Part shown: one piece after another, positions 34,144 to 41,751 of the stretch
Layout: the number at the start of each line of letters is the position of its first letter
How positions within the stretch are numbered: the first letter of the stretch is position 1
IMG/VR virus record: IMGVR_UViG_3300029243_000160
Location: 1 to 64,000 of that record
Strand: one strand, 5' to 3'
DNA from: a virus
Length of the DNA stretch: 64,000 nucleotides
The notes under the pieces: generated by a model
Told to the model about the DNA's origin: nothing
Database searches by the model: none
What the model saw: the letters and a program-made list of their open reading frames with translations, nothing else
Position numbers and translations under genes: made by a program

Positions 34144-34764
34144 TTAATCATCGCACTTATCATACTGTTCCTTCTGATACTTGGGCTTCTGATAATGCTT
34201 CCCATAAGATTTCTTGCCGTGGTCTGCTTTTCCAGCCCCATGATAATTTTTACCGTTCTGCTTCTTCCAAGTAGAATTTTTATCGTCCAGCGAAAGCCTT
34301 GTCGCATCAAACATCTGTATATGAGCATGGTCAGCAATTTCTTCCTGCTTTACGCCAAGCTCTTTCATATAAGCATTTTCGATTTCCCAGAACAAGTCCT
34401 TTGCATTCTTCATCAGAACGAACGCATCTGCCTTTGACACACACTTGTCGCCATACCGCAGTCCATTGAACGCTGACAGCGTTTGTGCATTATCTGCAAT
34501 AAACATATGCTCCTGAATGAAGTTAGGCGAAACACGCTCTGCCTGAAACAAAAGATGTTCCATGTTGTGAGCGTACATCGTTTCCTGTGGCGGCGGTTCA
34601 ACAGATTTCTCACTGATAATTGCCTTGATGCTTTTTTCGATTGCCTGAGCAAAGTGATACGCAGCCATGTTTACCATTATCGGATTGTCTTTCTGCTGCA
34701 TTGCAGTTCCGGCAATCATAATGTCTGCTCGAATCACTTCCAGTTCTTTTGCACTTACTGCCAT
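34144..34764 (-). CDS. HEPN-domain protein
   Basis: AAYHFAQAIEKSIKAII...YAHNMEHLL...LRYGD matches the HEPN helix pattern with an R-x-x-x-x-H-like element. K/H-rich tail. Confidence 0.55.
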   Translation of the reverse strand: MAVSAKELEVIRADIMIAGTAMQQKDNPIMVNMAAYHFAQAIEKSIKAIISEKSVEPPPQETMYAHNMEHLLFQAERVSPNFIQEHMFIADNAQTLSAFNGLRYGDKCVSKADAFVLMKNAKDLFWEIENAYMKELGVKQEEIADHAHIQMFDATRLSLDDKNSTWKKQNGKNYHGAGKADHGKKSYGKHYQKPKYQKEQYDKCDD

Positions 34765-35184
34765 TTAACTTCTCTCCTTGTCGTAAATTGCATACACACG
34801 ACCTGCTCTGAGTTCTCCTAAGAGTTCTTTTTGCAAGCCATGAATCACGTTCTCGCCTTCCACAAAATCTTTGTCATAATCGTATACCACATCATTGTAG
34901 ATGATTTCAAAGATTTCATTGTGGAGCAGGATTCTTTCATATGTTCCCTTTGGAATGTCAGAACGAACCAGAATCTGCGGATTTCCCTCTTCATACTGTA
35001 ATCCAGAAAGATACCAGATACCTGTTACATTCTTTGGATTCAGTGCGTGAGGGTCATTCTCTTTCCGATTCAAAATAGTCTGCTGGAGCTTCTGAAAGCG
35101 TCCTGCAAGCTTTTCTCCAACTGCCCCCTTTGAAAAGAATGGTACAGTCAGTAATCTCTTTTCTGCATCTGTCATGTTTCCCAT
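34765..35184 (-). CDS. hypothetical protein abutting the HEPN gene
   Basis: 139-aa ORF whose stop codon immediately precedes the HEPN ATG. No nucleotidyltransferase motif seen. Confidence 0.5.
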   Translation of the reverse strand: MGNMTDAEKRLLTVPFFSKGAVGEKLAGRFQKLQQTILNRKENDPHALNPKNVTGIWYLSGLQYEEGNPQILVRSDIPKGTYERILLHNEIFEIIYNDVVYDYDKDFVEGENVIHGLQKELLGELRAGRVYAIYDKERS

Positions 35185-35190
35185 AAATCA

Positions 35191-35346
35191 TCACTCCTTA
35201 TTTTCTTTCTCGTTATCTGATTTTTGCAAGCGTTCCGGACAGCGTTTCTGAATAAAATGCTGTTTTCCGATTTTCAGCCACCATATCAAAATACCGCCTA
35301 CGATTACAAACAGTATAGCACACACGATTATGATTATCCTATCCAT
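35191..35346 (-). CDS. small single-TM peptide (51 aa)
   Basis: Below the ORF-track cutoff. MDRIIIIVCAILFVIVGGILIWWL followed by a basic tail. Confidence 0.35.
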   Translation of the reverse strand: MDRIIIIVCAILFVIVGGILIWWLKIGKQHFIQKRCPERLQKSDNEKENKE

Positions 35347-35364
35347 AACGCATTCCTCTTTTCA

Positions 35365-36087
35365 TCAATTCTGTTCTTCAAAGAAACCGTTCCACAAGCC
35401 AACCTTTTGCTCTGCTGCCGTATGTGCCAGTTCTGCAAAGTGGTCTGCGTGTTTCACGTTTGGTGGATAAGTGGCAGTATTGGCATACCCATTCTCCAGC
35501 AACCAGTCCTGAACCATTGTACCGTCTTCAAAGTACACATAAGCTAATGTTCTGCCATACTTGTCCGTAGGACTAACATCATACTCCACATATACAGTAT
35601 CAATATCCTGAAACTTCTCTTTGACTATCTGAGAAACTTCTTTTCCTTCTTCCGTATTCTCTGTACGATAATCTGACGGAGCAACGCTTTCCGGCGTATC
35701 TACGCCAATCAAGCGAACTTTTTGTTTTTCACCGCTGATTTCCAATTCGTATGTATCACCGTCTATCACACGAATCACAGTAGCCTGCTCTAAAGAAAGT
35801 TCGTCTGAACCGCTGGGAATTTCGCTGGATTGGTCTCCAGCTTCTTCCTTTGCGTACTCTTCTCGAATTTCTTTGTGCAGTTCATCTTTGTTTTCATCAT
35901 ACGCTTGATATGCTGTCTTTATATCATCTATCGGCAAGTCTTTCACGATTGCCTTAGAGCCAAATTTCACAGCATCTTTCAGCGGAGACAGAAAACAAGC
36001 TCCGCAAATCAAAACCGATACGCCAAGAGTAATCAGCACAGCACTTTCTTTTTGATTTCTTGTCCATTTTCGTTTTTTCTTTGCCAT
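35365..36087 (-). CDS. membrane-anchored thermonuclease (SNase family)
   Basis: VIDGDTYEL...VRLIGVDTPES...YGRTLAYVY...GYA...H...A-KVGLW. N-terminal TM anchor. Confidence 0.85.
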   Translation of the reverse strand: MAKKKRKWTRNQKESAVLITLGVSVLICGACFLSPLKDAVKFGSKAIVKDLPIDDIKTAYQAYDENKDELHKEIREEYAKEEAGDQSSEIPSGSDELSLEQATVIRVIDGDTYELEISGEKQKVRLIGVDTPESVAPSDYRTENTEEGKEVSQIVKEKFQDIDTVYVEYDVSPTDKYGRTLAYVYFEDGTMVQDWLLENGYANTATYPPNVKHADHFAELAHTAAEQKVGLWNGFFEEQN

Positions 36088-36126
36088 AGTACACCTCTTT
36101 CACATCTTTCGATGTGACCATTCTCT

Positions 36127-36624
36127 TTAAGCGATGTAAAATTCCTTCGCTAATACTTCTCCTTTGTATCTTCTGTTTCTGCCTGTTTCTTCGTCTTTCT
36201 CCCAGAATTGTCTGTAAAAGCGATAAATCATGGGATTCTCTTTATCCTGCATTGCAACGCCGTAGTTGTAATTTGTGATTTTTCTTGCACACAGAATTGC
36301 CAGCAGGCTTTCGTTTTTATCGCACCCATCATCAAACCGTCTTATAAAGCTCATATCGCCAATCCCAGCCAAGATAAGCAATCCGTTCAGTGAAATGTCG
36401 CATACACGACAGGCAACCTTGCTTTTATAAGCGTTATAGAAATAAGAGCAAAACATCAAAACATATTCCGAATTGCTCTTGATGCGAATGCTTTCATTGT
36501 CATCTGAAATTGTATAATCAGTCAGATTGGTATACGTTCCTTTTTCGTTTCTCATATACACCGTTATATCACTGAACGCATATCTTGAAAGCCACGTCTT
36601 ATCTGTTTTGTCCACGAGATTCAC
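36127..36624 (-). CDS. hypothetical protein
   Basis: 165-aa ORF. Its SD AGGAAGTGA lies 19 nt after the CCA end of the tRNA-like element. Confidence 0.45.
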   Translation of the reverse strand: MNLVDKTDKTWLSRYAFSDITVYMRNEKGTYTNLTDYTISDDNESIRIKSNSEYVLMFCSYFYNAYKSKVACRVCDISLNGLLILAGIGDMSFIRRFDDGCDKNESLLAILCARKITNYNYGVAMQDKENPMIYRFYRQFWEKDEETGRNRRYKGEVLAKEFYIA

Positions 36625-36640
36625 TTCCTATAATTTTGTA

Positions 36641-36707
36641 TGGTGGCAGGAGCAGGATTTGAACCTGCGTAAACTCTCATTGAGTGTTGTAATACCATAT
36701 TTCTGCC
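36641..36707 (-). ncRNA. tRNA-like element (acceptor + T-arm + encoded CCA; no proper D-arm; 5-nt loop on the anticodon-like hairpin)
   Basis: 3' end is GCAGGTTCAAATCCTGC-TCCTGCC-A-CCA. The 5' GGCAGAA pairs 6/7. The internal hairpin is ACTC-AATGA-GAGT. Confidence 0.5.
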
Positions 36708-36755
36708 GTTTCTCTGTGAATATACACTGGACTTTTGTGAACTTCTGCTGACATG

Positions 36756-36798
36756 AAAAAAAGGCAACATACAGGGCTTTGGGTGCTTGCGTGTTGCC
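36756..36798 (-). terminator. intrinsic terminator between the two tRNA-like elements
   Basis: The gene strand reads GGCAACA...UGUUGCC followed by U7. Confidence 0.5.
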
Positions 36799-36844
36799 CT
36801 CTTTCCATAAGGGTTTTGATGTATGAGGTTTTCATTGAGAATGT

Positions 36845-36904
36845 TGGTCGAGAAAAGCGGAATCGAACCGCTTTGCAGTACATCACTGCTATTCCTTATC
36901 CCCG
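36845..36904 (-). ncRNA. tRNA-like element (acceptor + T-arm + encoded CCA; D-arm absent)
   Basis: AGCGGTTCGATTCCGCT T-arm and TTTCTCG-A-CCA. The 5' CGGGGAT pairs 6/7 with wobbles. The internal hairpin is GCAGT-GATGT-ACTGC. Confidence 0.45.
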
Positions 36905-36968
36905 ATATTCGCCCCCTCACGAAGAGGGAGCATATTTACAGGAGGACTGTCAAATCAGTCGGTGCTGT

Positions 36969-37289
36969 TTAGTTGTTTCTGACACGCTTTGCTACCTTAG
37001 TTGCAAAGATTGTCATGGTCGGAATCTTATCGCCGTTCTTGTTGGTGTAGTCACCTACGGAGAATCTGCCCCAAACGTCTACAAAAGACTTAGCGTAGTC
37101 GTCCTGAACAATGTCGCACTGGTTGTCGCCTACGATGCTGCAAACAACATCAATGTAAATCGGTGCGGTATACTCGCCGTCATCGCCCTTACGATTCATC
37201 GAACACTTCAAGATAACACTCTTTTCTGTCATCTTCTGCTCGTAGCATCTCAGTCCCCAGTTTTCGCAAATGTTAAAATTGTTAGCCAT
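36969..37289 (-). CDS. SSB-like OB-fold protein (short, no acidic tail)
   Basis: VDVWGRFSVGDYTNKNGDKIPTMTIFATKV resembles the SSB beta4-beta5 pattern. First gene after promoter P5. Confidence 0.45.
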   Translation of the reverse strand: MANNFNICENWGLRCYEQKMTEKSVILKCSMNRKGDDGEYTAPIYIDVVCSIVGDNQCDIVQDDYAKSFVDVWGRFSVGDYTNKNGDKIPTMTIFATKVAKRVRNN

Positions 37290-37369
37290 AATTACGCTCC
37301 TTTTTCAAAATATATTCCTGTGGCTACCGTAAGGCTTTGAACTGTTGTTCTCTGTACCTTACATTAACT

Positions 37370-37398
37370 ATTATAGCACTTTTATGGTGCGTTGTCAA
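37370..37398 (-). promoter_or_regulatory. class-P promoter copy 5 (spacer diverged; TTGACA-17-TATAAT retained)
   Basis: The gene strand reads TTGACAacgcaccataaaagtgcTATAAT, with the same leader and upstream ATAACGGATA motif. Confidence 0.6.
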
Positions 37399-37467
37399 TA
37401 GGAAAATAGGGTTTAATCTGTAAAATATCCGTTATTTATTTTGTTGAAACTTGTATATTTTAACGAA

Positions 37468-37701
37468 TCAACCGTGAATCAAGCACTTCTCATCGAGCTT
37501 ACAAGTGTGTTGCATTTCCTCTTTGAGAGCATCTTCAAACGATTTTGTGCTTTTTATATCTTCATCTGCGTAAATCTGTTTTACCAGTTTTACGATTGAA
37601 CTTGTATCTTTATGAATGTATCTTTTGCAAAACCGATGCCATTGGGAATTTGTCATACGGCTGTCCTTTTTGAATAAAAGAACCAGTTCCTTTCCTGTCA
37701 T
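37468..37701 (-). CDS. hypothetical protein
   Basis: 77-aa ORF. Confidence 0.4.
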   Translation of the reverse strand: MTGKELVLLFKKDSRMTNSQWHRFCKRYIHKDTSSIVKLVKQIYADEDIKSTKSFEDALKEEMQHTCKLDEKCLIHG

Positions 37702-37736
37702 CGTGGTTCACTCCTTTTTTCTCTTACCTGATATTT

Positions 37737-38975
37737 TTATTCTTTGTTGTTCTTTTTCTTAATGATGTAGCACACTCCTGCGATTATCAATACAATCAAG
37801 ATGCCACCGCCAATAAAAATGATTCGGTATTTCATCTGACTTTTTCGCAGTTCTTCTTTTTCTTTCTTTGACACAATTACAGATTCTTCTGGAATCTCTG
37901 TTGTTCCTGTTGCTGTTTTAGCTGTTGTTTCTCCAGTTTTACTGTTGCTGGAAAAATCCTTGTCAGAGCTTTCAGAAGGCAGCTCGGCTGTGTCTGTTGT
38001 ATTTTCTTTCGATTGCTCAGAATCGTAGTCCAGCTTAACCTTTCCGTTCTCATAGTCGTTCAAGCTAATATTGTTTCTGTTGTTCCACGAGAAGTCCGGT
38101 TTGTCAGATAAATCTATCGGCATGATGTCATATTTCTCTGTGAGTTTTGAAATGTCAAGCTGATATGGTTCATCAATCGTATTTTCCAGTTGCACCTGTA
38201 CATTGTTATCGTAGACCAATGTGTTTTCGCCCTCTTGAACGTCCTGCGTGTTGACAGTTCTCACATAATAACCGCCTGCTCTTACCTTTACAAGGAATGG
38301 TTCGTTCGCTTTCACATAGAACACATGATAAGTCCAATCGTTTCTATACTCCAGCTTTACCATAACATTTACTGGAGAATAAATCTCCAGAAAGCCTGTT
38401 TCACTCCACCAGTCCGGAATGTTATCATTGATTTCATATACAACAGTCTCTTTCCTGTCGTAATTGTCCCACACTGCATAATTCAGCACAACCGATGAAT
38501 CAATCAATTCTAATTCTGTTTCGATAGAAAAAGAACCGTCCTTTTTCATTTCTGAAATTGCATTGTCATATGTTTCCTTGTTGAGATACACTCTGTACTT
38601 TGTCCAGTACACTTCATTGTCCCTGTCCATATATCGGCTCAAAAAAGAATTGAACTCCTTCTGGAGCAGGTCATAATTTTCATCTGATATATCTTTGCTA
38701 TCAGTTGTAACAAGAACATATCCGGCACTTCTCAAATACTTTTCCAACGCTTCGCAGTCATTTCTTGTTGTGCATTGAATACCATTCAGTTCATTTACGC
38801 CGCCTGTCAAAATCTGATTACCGCTTAAAGAATGATAATACTTCAAGTTGTCAGGGTCAAATTCTTCGATGAATGTATCTTTCAGCTGTTCTTTTGCATG
38901 AACAGTTATTGTTGACATGGAAACACACATCGCAACCATAACGGCAGCAGCCAGTAGCCTTTTTCCAATCTTCAT
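37737..38975 (-). CDS. surface protein (signal peptide + C-terminal TM anchor)
   Basis: N-terminal LLAAAVMVAMCVSMSTITVHA. C-terminal IIFIGGGILIVLIIAGVCYII followed by KKKNNKE. Confidence 0.55.
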   Translation of the reverse strand: MKIGKRLLAAAVMVAMCVSMSTITVHAKEQLKDTFIEEFDPDNLKYYHSLSGNQILTGGVNELNGIQCTTRNDCEALEKYLRSAGYVLVTTDSKDISDENYDLLQKEFNSFLSRYMDRDNEVYWTKYRVYLNKETYDNAISEMKKDGSFSIETELELIDSSVVLNYAVWDNYDRKETVVYEINDNIPDWWSETGFLEIYSPVNVMVKLEYRNDWTYHVFYVKANEPFLVKVRAGGYYVRTVNTQDVQEGENTLVYDNNVQVQLENTIDEPYQLDISKLTEKYDIMPIDLSDKPDFSWNNRNNISLNDYENGKVKLDYDSEQSKENTTDTAELPSESSDKDFSSNSKTGETTAKTATGTTEIPEESVIVSKKEKEELRKSQMKYRIIFIGGGILIVLIIAGVCYIIKKKNNKE

Positions 38976-39535
38976 TTGCTATTCCTTCCATTTTCTATCT
39001 GCTTTTTTGCAAGTGCATGATAGCGGTCACTTTCCAAAAGCATAGCATTATATGCTTTTATTTTTTTCAAGCAACGATTTCTGGTAGTCCGTTGTTTTCC
39101 TTCGGTTCTGCGAACAAAGCATTCCATCTGAGCCATCATGTCATAGCGATTATAGAGAATTTCCAAAATTACGTTGATGTCGCCTTCATCGTATTTGTAC
39201 AAGTAAATCTCATTGTCACCATATACGCCGATATAAATATGACGATTTTTCAGAAGGCTAACCAGCTTGTACTTTCGTAAAACCTCTTCTGTTGCCGAAG
39301 CCTCAGCTTCTTCGAGTGTTCTGCACCCAAGAACGTGCCGGAAGACACACCAAATAATATAAAGTGCAGTCTGCCTTTTGCGTTCTGCACTTGTTAGCTG
39401 TTCTTGCTCAGACTTTTCCTCTTCATCGCTGATGTGGATTTTTTCCATACAAAATCGACCACTACATTTTGCAAACCCCTTTGCGTATGTATACAGTAAA
39501 TTGCAGTCAAGTTCATCTAAGTAACCCCAATCCAT
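38972..39535 (-). CDS. hypothetical protein
   Basis: 187-aa ORF with a 4-nt overlap to the downstream gene. Confidence 0.45.
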   Translation of the reverse strand: MDWGYLDELDCNLLYTYAKGFAKCSGRFCMEKIHISDEEEKSEQEQLTSAERKRQTALYIIWCVFRHVLGCRTLEEAEASATEEVLRKYKLVSLLKNRHIYIGVYGDNEIYLYKYDEGDINVILEILYNRYDMMAQMECFVRRTEGKQRTTRNRCLKKIKAYNAMLLESDRYHALAKKQIENGRNSK

Positions 39536-39551
39536 TCGTACCTTCCTTTCG

Positions 39552-41279
39552 TTATTCTGTTGTGTAGTAGTAAAGTTCCAGCTGTGACTTTGCTCTTGTC
39601 AGAGCTGTATACAGCATTCTCTTATCTACCAGTCGGTCATCTTTCGGAATAAAAACGATTACACGTTCTGCCTCACTGCCCTGCATCTTATGAATTGTGA
39701 TTGCATAAGCCAGCACAAGGTCTTCTCTGTGGGCAGCAGTAATGTCCACTTCCTTCCCGTCAATCTCAACAGTGATTGTTCCCTTACCGTTGATTTTTGT
39801 AACAATACCAATATCTCCGTTGCAATACTTCTTTGTGTTTTTGACAGTCATCACTTTATCGCCAACATTGAAGTCTGCTTCTCCCTTTTTCAGATACGCA
39901 TTTATCTGTGCGTTCAAATTGTTGTACGGTGACAGAATTTGTGTATCTTCATTATTCGTCATGATGATTTCTCCAATATCATCAAACCCAATCAATTCCA
40001 TATGAAAACCTGCTCCGTTTCGGAGAGGCTTCTCCTGCAAAACATTGTTTGCGTTCTGTAAAATATCAGTCCCTTCTTTTTGTCTGTGATTGATTTCCAG
40101 TCGATATACTTCCAGTTCCTTCATGAAATCAAAGAACGGTTCACCATACCCAACAGGGTAAAGCTGATTGTGGTCTCCCACAAAAATCACCTTGCAAGTC
40201 GGGTCAGTCGCACAGAGCAGGTCATACATTAAAGCCGTATCAATCATGCTGCTCTCATCGACAATAATCAGTCTGTAAGGCAATTTATTTTCTGCCGTAT
40301 AGAACGTGTACTCTTCTTCCGGATTCTTTCTCAAAGCCTTGTGAATCGTGGCAGCAGGCATATTTGTCTTTTCTGCAAGTCTTCTGCTGGCTTTTCCTGT
40401 TGGAGCAATCAGAAGTACATTCTTCTTTGCATAGTAAGTGGTATAGCAATCAATCAGTGTTTGAATCACTGTTGTCTTTCCTACGCCTGCACCGCCTGTA
40501 ATTACGCATGGAAGGCTTGTTCGCAATCCCCACAGCGTTCTGAGTTGTTCCTCTTCCAAGCCTTTATCTTTGACGGAATTAAAAAAGTTTTGTACCTCTT
40601 CTTCTGTCAAAAGCTCGTATTCCAGCTTCTTTCGACTTTGAATATCAGTACGAATAAAATCCTCTTTTTTCTTCATCTCAGAATCCCATACAGTGCCGTT
40701 TTTCAAGCCATATCGTTCTGCCTGCAAGCACATCATTTTCAGCGTAACCATCAATTGCTGATACGCACCTTCCTGCTCTACCGCAGAAAAATACCCAAGA
40801 AACTCTTCGATACCATAGGAGATTTTTCGCTTGTTTCTGGCATTCTGGATTATCTTGCGATTGATTGCATCTACTCTGGTCGGCTCTTTCGCATCGTCCA
40901 CAACTTCCTTGTGAACTCTATCTGCTTCGCCAAACGGTAACACAGAATAAATTTCTTCCAGCGAAAGTCTGGCAGTGTTCCACCCAATCCCATCACTTTT
41001 CAAAATGAGATGCCGTTCCAGAACAGCTTCGTATTCGTCTGGATTTACGTTTGCTCTCTCCAGAGCAGTGATATTTCTTTCGTCCAGAGTAAGCTCATAG
41101 TCCAAAACATTATCCGCTTCGTCCAGTTCCATTTGAATGAATATACCGTGATACAATTCCGGAATATTTCCTACAACACGGAAGCTCTTCTTTCTTGTGC
41201 CGTCCAAAGCAATAACAACAGCACTTCGACCATGTTTTGTGCCTCGTCCTGTTGCTTTCAGCACCATATAAGTATTCAA
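39552..41279 (-). CDS. RecD-like superfamily-1 helicase
   Basis: Walker A (ITGGAGVGKTT), IIVDESSMID, VGDHNQLYPVG, ITIHKMQGSEAERV and LYTALTRAK. TTG start with SD AAAGGTG. Confidence 0.8.
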   Translation of the reverse strand: MNTYMVLKATGRGTKHGRSAVVIALDGTRKKSFRVVGNIPELYHGIFIQMELDEADNVLDYELTLDERNITALERANVNPDEYEAVLERHLILKSDGIGWNTARLSLEEIYSVLPFGEADRVHKEVVDDAKEPTRVDAINRKIIQNARNKRKISYGIEEFLGYFSAVEQEGAYQQLMVTLKMMCLQAERYGLKNGTVWDSEMKKKEDFIRTDIQSRKKLEYELLTEEEVQNFFNSVKDKGLEEEQLRTLWGLRTSLPCVITGGAGVGKTTVIQTLIDCYTTYYAKKNVLLIAPTGKASRRLAEKTNMPAATIHKALRKNPEEEYTFYTAENKLPYRLIIVDESSMIDTALMYDLLCATDPTCKVIFVGDHNQLYPVGYGEPFFDFMKELEVYRLEINHRQKEGTDILQNANNVLQEKPLRNGAGFHMELIGFDDIGEIIMTNNEDTQILSPYNNLNAQINAYLKKGEADFNVGDKVMTVKNTKKYCNGDIGIVTKINGKGTITVEIDGKEVDITAAHREDLVLAYAITIHKMQGSEAERVIVFIPKDDRLVDKRMLYTALTRAKSQLELYYYTTE

Positions 41280-41410
41280 TTAGCACACCTTTTTTCACGT
41301 TATATTTGTATTATTATCTTATCATTTTGCACTTCTCATGTCGTGTATATCTGCTTTTATATACATAGAAAATACAATCCAAAATTGTGCAAATAATCGT
41401 CATTTGGGTA

Positions 41411-41449
41411 TAAAAAAATCCGCACAAGAAATAAGCCCTTGCACGGATT
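41411..41449 (-). terminator. intrinsic terminator
   Basis: AATCCGTGCAAG/CTTGTGCGGATT stem (2-nt internal mismatch) followed by U7 on the gene strand. Confidence 0.55.
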
Positions 41450-41478
41450 CTTTTTTGTCATATTAAGGAGTGTCTGCT

Positions 41479-41736
41479 TTAGAGAAATGCAGAGCCGTCA
41501 TAGTCACTGTCGTCCTGCTCTTCTTCGTCCGGTGTTTCATAAGACAGTTCGTCAAACTGCCTGTAGCCCCGAAGGACTTCTTCACTGTAATCAGAAATTT
41601 TGCCGAGAATCTGTTTCACCTTGATTTCGTCTTCTACGTTTTTCAGTAAAGTGGCGTTGGACTGAATATCACGGAACTTATCTGCAATGTAGCTCCTTAT
41701 CTCGTAAGCCTTGTCTTCTAATTCGTGCTGTTTCAC
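41479..41736 (-). CDS. small acidic hypothetical protein
   Basis: 85-aa ORF. Confidence 0.4.
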   Translation of the reverse strand: MKQHELEDKAYEIRSYIADKFRDIQSNATLLKNVEDEIKVKQILGKISDYSEEVLRGYRQFDELSYETPDEEEQDDSDYDGSAFL

Positions 41737-41751
41737 GTTGCATCACCTTTT

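Noticed and set aside
36621-36920. 99-aa and 69-aa minus-strand ORFs across the tRNA-like region.
   Set aside because: They span two T-arm/acceptor/CCA elements and an intrinsic terminator. There is no SD, and the composition looks non-coding.
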